From Epithemia pelagica (taxonomy: Eukaryota > Protista > Bacillariophyta), in NCBI GenBank assembly GCA_946965045.2, contig OX337228.1, positions 1,922,001 to 1,986,000 on the forward strand: a stretch of DNA of 64,000 nucleotides, read 5' to 3'. Under the pieces are notes generated by a model, which was not told where the DNA came from, ran no database searches, and saw only the letters and a program-made list of their open reading frames with translations. This document shows, piece by piece, positions 1 to 11,306 of the stretch. The position numbers and the translations under genes are program-made. Each line of letters opens with the position of its first letter. Positions within the stretch are counted from its first letter, which is position 1.

Positions 1-1938
1 GGAGACAACCTATGAACCACTCTCCCTTATTGCCAACGACGACCCAATCACCGTTGCCATATATGGAAAGAAGCATGGGCTCCTCAACGAACCAGGATGG
101 AAACACCTGAAACGCTACGTCAAGACGAGTAAACGCCTGATACGTGCTGCAAAACAATCAAGGATCAAACAAGTACGTCGATCAGTCAAGTATAAGTTTG
201 GATTCCAAGTCCCTCGAGATTACGCCGAGGCTGTCAATCTTGACAAACAAAATGGTACCACAAGGTGGCAAGACGCAACTGAATTGGAACTGTCTCAGAT
301 ACAATCATATGAGACATTCAAGGACCATGGGAAGGCCATCTTCACAAATGGCAAGGTATCAAATGCACCTGAGGGATATCAAAAGATTCGAGTGCATCTC
401 GTTTTTGATGTGAAACATGATGGTAGGCACAAGGCACGACTTGTTGCAGATGGACACTTGACAAAGGAACCTGTGGAAACGATCTACTCTGGAGTTGTTT
501 CTATTCGCAACCTACGAATTGCTTTATTCCTTGGATCTCTGAACGATCTAGAAGTATGGGGAGCAGACATTGGGAATGCGTATCTTGAAGCATTGACTGG
601 GGAGAAATTATATATTGTGGCAGGACCGAGCTAGAAGGTCACATCCTCATCATCTACAAGGCCCTCTATGGTCTCAAATCTTCAGGCGCACGATGGCATG
701 ATGTCCTTTTTGACGTCCTCACCGATATGGGTTTCTCACCAAGCAAGGCAGATCCTGACATTTGGATGAGAAAAGCACCTGGGGAGGATTGCTACGAATA
801 CATCGCCGTATATGTGGATGACTTAGCCATCATAGCTACTGACCCTGGAAACATTTGCAAAGTCTTCAAGGAAAAGTACAACTTCAAGCTTAAGGGAGAT
901 GGACCTATTGACTATCACCTGGGATGCCGGTACACCAAGGACCCTGACGGAACCCTAGTCTCTGATCCACGTCGATACATTAGCAAAATGATGGACACCT
1001 TCGAACGTATCTTCAAAGAGAAACCCAAGAAGGCTAAAACCCCTCTCATTGCTGGTGATCACCCGGAATTGGACGACACCGAACTCCTTGATGAAGAAGG
1101 TACACAGCACTTCCAGACCTTGATTGGACAGCTTCAATGGGTGATTACAATTGGTCGCTTTGATGTTTTTACTGCTACGATGACCCTTTCCAGGTTCCGC
1201 GCAGCTCCAAGACAGGGACATCTCAACAGAGCTAAACGCATCTATGGATACCTTTTCAATCTTTCTGATGGTGCAATCAGATTCCGAATCGGAGAGCCCG
1301 ATTTCTCAAGCATTCCAAGTCAAGACTTTGATTGGAGTCGTACGGTCGATTCAGATACCAAGGAATACATCCCTCATGATTGCCCAGAACCACTTGGACG
1401 ATATGTGACGACAACGCACTATGTTGATGCTAACCTTATGCACGACATGATCACCGGAAAGTCTGTAACAGCCATCCTGCATCTCTTGAATGGGACACCA
1501 ATTGATTGGTACAGCAAACGACAGAGCACTGTGGAAACGGCAACATATGGATCAGAATTTGTGGCAGCAAGGACAGCAGTCGACCAAATCACTGAATTAC
1601 GGCATTCACTTCGTTACCTTGGAGTACCGATCAGGGATCGCAGTTATCTGTTTGGAGACAATCGATCTGTGGTTGTTAACGCAACAATGCCTCATTCTAT
1701 CTTGTCCAAGAGACATCATCTCCTTTCATATCACCGGGTACGAGAAGCGATAGCAGCGCAATACGTTGCATTCTATTGGAAGGATGGGAAGACCAACCCT
1801 GCCAACATCCTCAGCAAGCATTGGGAATTTGCAACTATTTGGCCTCTACTCAAGCCCCTATTGTTTTGGAGAGGAGAAGTTCAAGATCTCTACGAATCCA
1901 GCGATGACAAGGCTGAACCAACGAGCTGTGGGGAGTAG
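1..1938 (+). pseudogene. Family-1 pol (RT-RNase H) with a 10-bp frameshifting deletion near 628
   Basis: ORFs 284-634 and 727-1938. Copy B reads GGACCCGAGTTCAAGGAGCTAG where copy A reads GGACCGAGCTAG. The RNase H motif NPAD is NPAN here. The stop codon TAG is 1936-1938. Confidence 0.9.
1930..1935 (+). other. Polypurine tract of family 1
   Basis: GGGGAG directly abutting the 3' LTR; the same arrangement occurs in copy B. Confidence 0.75.
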
Positions 1939-2701
1939 TAGAACTCTCACCGAAAATCATCGGTTAGGTTCGGCACCTCATCGGTTAGTCGAGTCCCGTG
2001 GCTTCAAACATCACCTACATCACCTACATCCACACTACATACCTAGCTTCGCGCTAGCTCAACCTATATTTCGGTCGCATATACCAAAAAGTGAGAACAG
2101 ATTGACGAACGTGCTATCAAGACTCAACTTTGGTCTTGATATCCTATCAACGGACGATCATCCGTTGAACATACGAGCCTGACCTATGCCCTAAGCGTGC
2201 GCGCCCAAATTCGTCAAGATGCGCGCAAGAACTATCCGAGCGTGGCGATCATGTATCCGACCCAACGGTCTAAGTACACAAGGCACGAATCACGATCACG
2301 CGAGACCATATCATCGTTCCCACTATTTCAAGATTGCAAACAAGGACGCGCCAACAAAACTACATATACCAACTTTAGCCAAGAATCGTTGAGGCTGTAT
2401 ATGATATACAAGCGCATATACATGTTATATACCTCACATACATCAACTCCAACCATTCCAGACCTATCACCGCCAAGAACCTATTTCACACGATCGACAA
2501 CAAGAATGGAAATCTCACACACCAAACCTAGTAGTAAGCTCACAATCATTAACATTACCATATCATCACGTCTTCAGTGTCCTGACTATCCCTACGATAG
2601 AACCCTTGGGTTTCCTTTGTTCTCTGACCCGTGGAGAACCTTGGTATCAGTTGGTAATCGATTGTGGCTCTTCTAGAGCGTGTACTGACGGAATTCTACT
2701 A
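1936..2701 (+). repeat. 3' LTR of family-1 copy A (766 bp, termini TAGTAGAA...TTCTACTA)
   Basis: Near-identical to the reverse complement of 27421-28186 and 34883-35648; 8-bp terminal inverted repeat. Confidence 0.95.
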
Positions 2702-2741
2702 GATAGTCAGTAAAGTTTCCTTCTTTCTTGAGAGATAGACC

Positions 2742-5700
2742 CTATTTCTCTAGGCGTAGAATTAGATCATCGATAAGCTTCATATGCGGAGCGCACACTC
2801 CGCAGTCATCCACCCATAGAAAGATAATGATATTGTCTTTGTACAATAGGCATTGATCGTGAGTGCTTATGGTGAATCCGTCTTCTTTTAGGGCCTTTAC
2901 TAGGTGGTCGTACCACAATCTGGGTGCTGAAGAGAGTCCATATAGACTCTTGACGAGCTTGAGGCACGTTCGTCCAGGGCGACTAGACCTAAATCCTCTA
3001 GGTAGGTGTATCCAAACTGGTGTGGTTAGCTTGGCTTGGACAAATGCATTGTTGAAATCGAGGCATGCTAGTTCCCAGTTCAGGACTATGCTCAGGGTTA
3101 GGACGATCCTAATCGTGCTCCAATTTACCACTGGCGAGTAGTTCTCCTCCTCAGTCTCTTGGAGGTCACCTCGTACAAAATATCGTGCCTTAAATTTCAC
3201 GATTTCTCCGTCAGGTGAGCGTTTTCGCTTGAAGACCCATGTTCCTGGTAAAATTTGGGACGATGCGTCTGATTGGTCTACCTCCTCCCAGGTCCCTTTT
3301 TCCTCTAGTTCTGTGATTTCATTGCTAGCGGCTTGTTGCCATCGATGCATGTCTACATCCTTCATGGCTTCATCATACCCGAGCGTATCGGGATCGGAGA
3401 TGGATGCCTTCATTGTAGAAAGGAGATCGTACGGTTGGCTAGGTGGTGGAAAGGCAGCTAGATTGATATCTTGTACATAGCGCTTCGGAGAGCGGATAAT
3501 TCGTCCCGAGCGTCGACTAACAGTAGGCTGAACAGTCGGTTCTTCTTTTGGAGGGATAGGAGAGCTAGGGAGCTCCCTCTGAGGAGATGTTCCAAAAGAG
3601 GGGCGCGAGCGAGGGGTAGCCGAAATTTGGCGCTCTGTGGCTGGTGTGAGAGGAACCGGGGTGACGATTTCTTCCCTCTGAGGAAGGGGTGCTGATGGAG
3701 TATTAGGGGTTGCTACTCCCTCTGGAATCGGTGCCAATTCCTCCCTCTGCTCAGAGCGTGTAGAATTGAGAGGGTAGGATGGAGGAGTGTCGGTAGCTAG
3801 GGGCTTAGCAGGTGAATAATCCTCCATGGATCTAGTTACGGTATTGGTTTTGTCTTCATATTGAGATCGATGTACTGTGTCAATTTGAGTAGGTTCTTCT
3901 ATATTTTCCTCGTCATCGTCTTCGATATACTGATATCGGGACTCACCAAATAACTTGTTCCAGTCATCGCTGGAAAAATCCGGTTTGTCTTCAACGGATG
4001 CGGCGATAGTAGTGAACCAGTCATCAAAGACAACGTGGTATTGTGGAGTAATATAGCCGGTTGAAGGGTTTAATACTAAGGGCACAGTTGTTGCATGTCG
4101 TGTGCTAAGGCCCATAAGGATACATCGATTGGAACGTGGCTGCCATCGTGGAAGCTTCTTTCCGTCCCCCATAGATTTATCTAGAACGTACACGGGGCAC
4201 CCCCACACGTGCAGGTCGTGGAACTTTCGTTGTTCCCAACGGGTACGTGTAAATAGGTCATGAGGGCTTATTCCGTGTGTTGCACTTGGCACATGGTTGC
4301 ATAAGAAAGTCGCGTGCGCAACGGCCATGGGCCATAGAGATGGATCCGCCATCTCAGGCCAATGTATGGCTGCATGGAGCATCATTGTTCGCGCTATGGA
4401 CATAATAGTTTGAATTGCCCTTTCTGCGATCCCTGCGTGGTGATGTGCCCCTACTCCTGCAAAGCGGTAGGTTTGGGCAAAATTCTGTAGTGATTCGGTA
4501 TATTTCTGTGATGTGAACGCTGAACCGTTGTCCGTTAGGTACTGTGTAGGCACTACACCAACGTCTCTACAGAACAGCTCAAACGAATTTTTAACGTGTA
4601 GTGTTTCGTGCGTATTTAAGTGACTTTGAAAGCCGATCCACGTGTACCCCGAAGCGTGATCGACAAAGATTGCTCCCCCCATATATAGATCTTTAGATGA
4701 CGAAACCCCTCGGGTTTCGAACCTACGCCCTTTAGTAGAACAGACAAAGTGGTCAACACTTATGCATTGCCCTGGATACAAATTTTCACCTTTTGTGATT
4801 CCACTGCGATCCTTCACAACGGAACTTGTTGTTCCAGGTTGCGGTCGACGTTTCTGTTTGCCATATTGGCACGCTGCGCAGAGAGGTAAGTCGGTTAGAG
4901 ATGCTGCTTTTGCGTGTAACCTGCGTTGTTGCTCAGAATGCGCCAAAATACCAGTTCTCATAACAAATTGTATTCGTCGGAGAGAAAGATGCCCGAGTCG
5001 ATAATGCCAACATACCAGTTCCTTTTGAGGCTCGGACAGGTTTGTGTTTTGCTCAGATGTTGTTGATACGATGGAGGTAAGAGCTTGAGAGCTGCGGATG
5101 ACTTCTCGTTTGTCATACCCGTACGTCATAGGTAAGTTGTTGACGGGGTTGATCACGATAGTCACCTTTGTTCGGTCTTGGCTCTCGGGCATACCGGTAA
5201 GTACCATCGTTTTGCCGTCCTGAATTATCTTTTTGCCGTCGTATGTTTGTAAAAGGCTTTGGGTCGACAACAATCTAACTCCAATTTTGGGTACCAGGTA
5301 CGCTGGGAGTTTCAGTGAGCGGATTTTTCCTCCATCATCAAGGAAGCTCCACAAGACATAGCCCCGCCCCGTCGCTTTCATTCCATTCGCTATTCCTTTG
5401 ACCTTCAAGTCGGGCATCGGAAGAATCGGTCCGATAAAGTCGCTTGCGGAGTTGGTGATTGATAGACTGGCGCCGCTGTCCCAGATGATGGGATACAAGG
5501 CGCTGGCTGGCATTGCGTTCCTCAAGGCAGACAGATCTTGTAGACATGCCTGGAGTCCAGCATGTGTAATGAGATTCCATTCGTGGTAGTGGAGATTCCC
5601 TTTGAAAGAGTTCCCGAAGATGTTCCCGAAGATGTTGTTTGCTGATAGGGTGTGGGCTCTCTCAAGGTACGCTGCCATTCCCATGACTGGTTGAATTGGG

Positions 5701-8700
5701 CTGCGTTTGTCCCTGAAGATGTCGGAATGATGGTTATTAGTGTTTCCATTTCGACGATTGAACGTCGAAAGTGATGGTCTGTTGTTGAAATGGGAGTGCT
5801 GATAGCGGTCCCGTGGTGTCACACAACAACTTGCATTTGGTGAACGATACATGGTTGGTCGTCGGATCCCAGTCCTCATTCGTGCTCTCTTGGTTACAGG
5901 AGCGGGGAAAATTGGCCGAAAAGCTGATTTGCGCTTTGATCGCTTATGGATTGCACGTTTTGGGGTGTTGCGGATTTCGCGTTGTCCATCATTGTTAGTT
6001 TCTCCTCCCTTTTTCGGACATTTGGCTTCGGTCTGTTCCATTCGCAACAATTTACACACCGACACAACAATCAACCGAGCACTGGAATGTTGGAACTGCA
6101 GGCTCATGACGAGTTCGAGAATGCGGTTGAGAGTGGCGCTTCTTGACGAATTGATTGGTCGTTGCAGGTTCGGCTGAAAGGAGAAGCATGCCGTGTCATA
6201 TGGAGTTTTGGTCGGGGAGAGAAGGAGAATGGTCACCCAGCAACAAATCCACGCAAATAGTGCAGGTTGATAGGATGGATGTAGCGTAAGACTCCACAAG
6301 ATGGTGTAGATTCCGTAGCTCACATTTCCTGTTCCAACCCATAGTTGTGTAATTCCTTGCCATAGCGACGTAGTTCCTTCTTGGAAGGTGGTGCTTGCAT
6401 GGTCAATCGACTGTGGAGTTGGTAGGAGCCACAGGATACTGAGTAGGATGATAAGAAGGCTCATCACGCTTGCGAAGATCTTGGGATTTGTGAGAATGGT
6501 AGAATTCGACGGTGGTTCGGCCGACTCGTCACGGATTCGTGGATCTGGCACGTGCATCCCCCGTTGTCCCCCAAAATTTTGGTGGGCGTTGACGTTGAAA
6601 CCTGCATAGTATGCTTCCACTGTCGGTTGTTCTTGGTTAGTTGCTGTACTAGAGTGATCGGAGTCGCTAGAGTCAATCGTGTTGTCGTCCTCTGAGTCGT
6701 CTGCAAAATTCCAATTTGACTCCCCCACATAGTAGAACATCGGTTGCCCATAAGCCAATTCGTAGGCGAAGTCGTGGACCATAGCTAAGGTACAGAACTT
6801 GTCACGATGAGCTAGGTTGGGTAGCTTCAGTGTTTTGTGTAGGAATGCCCATAGTACTTTGACGACCTCTTTTTGGTTGTGAAGGTCCGTTTCGAAGATA
6901 TTTTTGTTATCCGGGTTTGTTTCTGTCTTGAGTAGGTGACGGAGGAGTAAGATATACCTGGCTGCTCTGCAGAACAAGCCGTCTAACTTCTGGTGATCTT
7001 CCGATAGGTTGTATTCGACACAAAATGCCTCCACTAATTCTTTGGAGTCCAGAACAGAGATCAACTCCTCTGTCATCTTTTCATAATCCTCAAGTGAAAG
7101 TGGATGATTTTGATTGTTTCCGGTTTCTGCATCTTGTTCGTTGTCATCTTCATTTTCTTTTCCAGTCGTGGTGTTGTCTTGATTGTCGTCTTCTTCTTCT
7201 TCTCCTTCCTCCACGATTGCGGTCATTGCATAGAATTCGGAGAATGGGTTCTCCTTTCTTCCTCTTTTCGCTTCTCGTCGTGGGTCAGATGGAGCTTGGC
7301 GGAGGGGAGTTGGTACGTATCTTGAGCCAAGCGTGAATTCTTCGTTCATCGACGAGGTGGAGAAGGTGTTTGCTATGTCATCCTCTGCCATTTCCTCCAG
7401 ATTCTCACATGCTTTGCTTCGTGAGCTCAAATTTACAGACGGTGGGTCTGAAATGTTGACTGGAGGCGGAGTGGCGTTGCTTTGATTGAGAAAGGCAACG
7501 AATCGGTGGCGAGTCCCAAGCTCCTCTGGACGATGTTCCATGAGTCGAGCTCTCAAGAGACAGGGTGGCGGATCCGAGTTGATTTGGAGTTCTGGCCATT
7601 CCGGTAGTGGATGTGGATGATTGGGGATTCTGGTTCCGTCAATGAACCACCCAATGTACCATTCTTCCATTTTCACACGTTGGTAGGCTTCTCCAATGGT
7701 GAGTGTTGGCTCTTGGTGCTGGAGTGCATAGATTGTATACTGAGCCCGCTCGTATCTCATCCCGTCTCTTTTTGCTTTTGCAGCTTCTTCTTCAAAGATT
7801 CGAGGGTCAAATGTTGGTCGATGAGTCGGTTGTGGCCGCATGGCTGCGGCCCAATCCTGCATGAGTCGAGATGCTGATCGAGGTGCCAGGTTCAGCCTTG
7901 GTAGTGCCTGTTGAGTAGGTGAGTCAATGGCCACAATCGGCGAAATTTCCGGCTCGTATGCGGCTGGTTTCTTGTCTAACCCCTCTTCATCTTTGCTTGC
8001 CAACCGTCCTTGTTGTAGTCCCTTGATTGGAGTGATGGACACATCGTCGTCCGTCATTACAGAGCTTTCTTGCGTTGTATCTTGGTGAGAGCTCATGGAG
8101 GTGTTGTGAGTCCTCATTTGTGTTGCGTCGCTTTCGAAATTCAATTGCTCACTGTCAAAACTTGCTTCGTGTTCTGCAGCATTTGCATAGACTTCGGTTG
8201 GGATCTGAGGTGGATCTCCGGCTCCCTTTTGGACTGACTTGTCGTTTGGCAGGTACCAAGAGTCGATGTTGTCCCATTGGTCGAAGTAGAGTGTGTTTGC
8301 CTCTGGTTCGAGGATTTTCATCACTTCATCGCTTGTTGCACTTTGGGAGGACAAGTCATCGTTGCCCCCACAGCTTGAATCAACAATCAACCCGGTTGGG
8401 ACTTTGTTGTTTTCAGTCGGTACACAACAATTCACTTCCCTAATGCAGCAATTTGTTCCTTTGCGCAGAATGAGAGGTGGAAGGTTGTCATAGCTTGTTG
8501 TGGTGGATGACCAGTGGATGGACGACGTGGTGGTGGAGTCGTCGTTTTCTTGGACATTGGTGTTGTCCACAGATGCGACAAATGCGCACAAATCAACTTG
8601 CTGGGAGTCTTCTTCTTCTTTGAGCTCCATGCTTTCCAAGGACATGCAGTCTGGGAGGTTCGCCCAATCTTCTGTGTCCTGGGGCGTCTCAATCTCGGTG

Positions 8701-10166
8701 CACCAGGCGGACACATCAATTTCGAGCTTGTTTGCTCGGTTTTCTTTCGTGTTGCGCTGGTTCTTTTTGAATCCAACAATATGCTGGTCCGTCGTGTGGG
8801 TGTCATTCCAACGGGTGCATTTCCCGCACCAATATTGGAGCACACCGTTTACCGTCTTGGTGTGACTTTCTCCTGGACCAGGTGGAATCGTCTTCCACGG
8901 GTTCGCTTGGGAACGGTCTACGCGAGAGTTATTTTTCTTGTGTTGAGGCCTTTTTCCCCCCTTGTCGCGGTGATTGTTCCCATGATTTGTCGGTGGATTC
9001 TTGGTTGGAGTTGGATTGGTGCCCGAAGGATGTTTCAGAGTCTGGATGAGGGCGTTGAGTGCGGCTTGGGTGAGCGGTGGTTTAGCGGTGTTTCGTCCTC
9101 GCCTAGAGGCCTTGGATGTCTTGGAGGATGGAACGAGTGCTTGGTTGGCTCCAAAGGACGATGGTGGTGCCTTTGAGTCGGTGGCACTGCGCTTGGGTGC
9201 CCACTCGCCGTCTTTCAAACTCACTAAATATTTAGTATTGGCACTTTCGATGATGTCCGTGTACCATAGCTTGTCCTTTCTCATCTTTGCGTCAGCCACC
9301 GACCGATCTAGGAACCTGATTTCGGTAATGGCGTCAGTTAAGTTCTTACTGATATACATCAGTTCGAACTTAGGGGTCTCTGGCCAATCCGCTGTGATGA
9401 TGTTAGCAAGTAGTTTTCCGGTCAACGTATGGTCGTACAGACCGGCTGCGATGAGTGGTCGCGCTTTTTCGGCAAAATCTTTGGTGAGTGCCATAATGTC
9501 TTGCCCGCCATAATTTTGGGGCAGCAAATTCCTCATTTCTCTCTTGACTTGCTCCCAGTGTTGGGGAGAGTCGTGGGTGACGATGTTCACCACGACCATA
9601 AACAACTCGGGGAAAGAGCTCACTTCGCGGCTCTGATCTTGAACTTATCGTTTGAAGGATTTTTCGAGACTGTTGAGGAGGAAGTCTCTGGCGCTTATAT
9701 CGTTGTTTCTGTCGTATTTGTCATAGAGCTTGATCTGTTCGGCCGTGAGCTCTTTTACTTTCGTCGGAGTGTATTTGGGGTGTTCCGAAATGATGAAGAG
9801 CATCTTTGTGGAATCAAGTGGATTCCTCAGGTAAGCAATTGTGTCCATTCCGTGTTTAATCAGATGCTGTTGCAGATCGTCTTGAAACCTGCTGAAATCA
9901 CCCGTCTTTTTGTTAAATTTTTCATTTTCTTCAGCAGGGCCTGCGACCCTCTCGGAATATTTCTTATCGCTTACAGTGCAAACTTGGAATACCCTGAGGT
10001 ATTCCTTCGGGGCGTCGTCATCCAGTCCTTTCCAGTCCGCCTTCGGCTTGCCGCCAACCCAAACGACAAACTCGTCACGTTTGACTTCCACGATATCCCC
10101 CATTCGTGGCTTGTCAGGTTTGAAAATGCTTCGCGGTGGTGCTGGTGGAGTTGTTCCTGCACTCAT
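2742..10166 (-). pseudogene. Family-2 gag-pol polyprotein, single frame with in-frame stops (TAA 9645-9647, TAG 2742-2744)
   Basis: Zn knuckle CGKC-x6-H-x4-H (~8781-8830), protease WDSGAS (~5480), IN HHCC (WHYRLGH...CAAC), DDE (SVDH, LTDNG, AERAI), RT LWVDDC. ORFs 9645-10193 and 2742-9623 are in the same frame. Confidence 0.9.
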
Positions 10167-10534
10167 ACTGGTCGTCTTAGATTCACCAATCAACTGTGGT
10201 GGGTCGTCTGTTTCGTTTTCTCTTTCTCCTTGGTCTGTTCCAACAATTCGCTGCTGGTTACCTTGGTTCGTCGATCGTTCCTGTTCGTCGGCGGTTGAAC
10301 TGCTACTGGATGGAAGGGAGGTTAGTTCTTCGATGAGATCGAAACTACCTGCTCCGCTCGATGTTGGAGACTCGTTTTGGTTCTCACTCGTGGTGGAACT
10401 TCGCTTGGGGGCTCAGTGGCTTCCCCTTTTTCTCGTTGGAGGCGTGAACGCAATAATCCACTGGCGCGGACTCGATGGTCGCTTGATCGATCAATTGGGC
10501 TTGTACTAGGAAGCGTTGGGTTCGTCAGCCAATT

Positions 10535-10548
10535 TGGGCTCGATAACC
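10535..10548 (-). other. Putative PBS of family 2, half-tRNA-iMet-like (GGTTAT[C]GAGCCCA)
   Basis: Starts 2 nt after the LTR end. Equals the complement of the initiator-Met anticodon arm GGGCUCAUAACC plus one extra base. Confidence 0.55.
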
Positions 10549-10550
10549 AC

Positions 10551-11254
10551 TTAGAATATCTGTAAACAATACTAACTGCGTAGACGATTGTGTTAGCTGT
10601 AATCTCTTCTCTAGGTCAACCTGCTCGCTCGTATGACGATGGGGCCCTCACCTTCACACTACGATCTAGGTTGACTCCGTTATACAAGGTTGCTTTGCAA
10701 ACTTGTTGCTTATAAAGAAGTGAGATTAATCTATTGAATAGAGTGTTTTTCATTTTGGATGCGTCCTGAGATCATCGGCCATCGGAGAACATGTTCCTCC
10801 TCCAGCATTGGGAGCAAATCTTGAGGAACATGTTCCTAGGTATGTATATCTCTACTTGATGCCTACGGATGGGCCTAGAGGAACGTGTTCCAATTTGTAA
10901 GGAACTTGTTCCATTTTGAGACCTCGGTTTGGTTTCTTCGAGGATCATGTTCCATCCTCTTAGTATTCTGTTTTCTTCGATTTCTGTAGCCTCATGTTCC
11001 GAATGAGGCTCGACTTGCTTTGACCTGTCCTGGATAGTACTGGGCTTAACTAAACTAGTTTGTAAATCTTGGCGTTTCTATATTCAACGGACAGCTGTTT
11101 GCTTGTCTCGACAAAGATACTTAAGGTGACGTAACGTACCGACAATTTGGCGCACCTCTTTTGTCTCTAGCTTAGACCAGCTATCTTTCCAGAGGCCGCC
11201 TCTAACTAAGCTAACTAAGCTAGGTGTACAAGTCTTGGTATAGGCATATTCTAA
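10551..11254 (-). repeat. Family-2 LTR (704 bp, terminal inverted repeat TTAGAATA...TATTCTAA)
   Basis: Perfect 8-bp inverted termini, bounded by PPT GAGAGGGAGAG and the PBS. It is the only copy in the window, so no TSD check is possible. Confidence 0.8.
10787..11000. promoter_or_regulatory. Array of six GGAACATGTTCC-like palindromes in the family-2 LTR
   Basis: Copies at 10787, 10824 (perfect 14-bp AGGAACATGTTCCT), 10880, 10901, 10942 and 10990 (degenerate). Confidence 0.6.
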
Positions 11255-11265
11255 CTCTCCCTCTC
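11255..11265 (-). other. Polypurine tract of family 2
   Basis: GAGAGGGAGAG on the minus strand immediately before the LTR and 41 nt after the RNase H stop. Confidence 0.85.
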
Positions 11266-11306
11266 AGGGAGCGATTCTTGATTGTGACCTGTTCTGAAGA
11301 GGACGT

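Larger units (their letters stand above)
1..2701 (+). mobile_element. Ty1/copia (CoDi-like) LTR retrotransposon family 1, copy A; 3' part only (5' end outside window); nested inside family-2 RT
   Basis: RT (VYVDDL) and RNase H ORFs, then PPT and a 766-bp LTR. The sequence after 2701 (GATAGTCAGTAAAG) is the family-2 RT site seen uninterrupted at ~12194. Confidence 0.95.

Noticed and set aside
2642-2650. TGGTATCAG, resembling a canonical tRNA-iMet PBS, inside the family-1 LTR
   Set aside because: It lies 51 nt inside the TSD-defined LTR end, matches only 9 nt, and a better candidate abuts the true boundary.
2197-2676. 159-aa ORF (and an overlapping 138-aa ORF) present in all three family-1 LTRs
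   Set aside because: GTG start and no recognisable domain; the apparent conservation only reflects ~99% LTR identity.
2702-2715. 7-bp complement (GTCAGTA) of a subterminal family-1 LTR sequence next to insertion site A
   Set aside because: Too short and not seen at insertion site B.
9645-9647. In-frame TAA in family-2 gag as a programmed gag/pol readthrough
   Set aside because: It falls in the middle of gag, upstream of the Zn knuckle, with no readthrough context; a nonsense mutation is simpler.
10787-10837. GAACATGTTC fits the p53 half-site RRRCWWGYYY and resembles a heat-shock element
   Set aside because: No p53 is known in diatoms, and an HSE needs GAA-n2-TTC; kept only as an unassigned palindrome.
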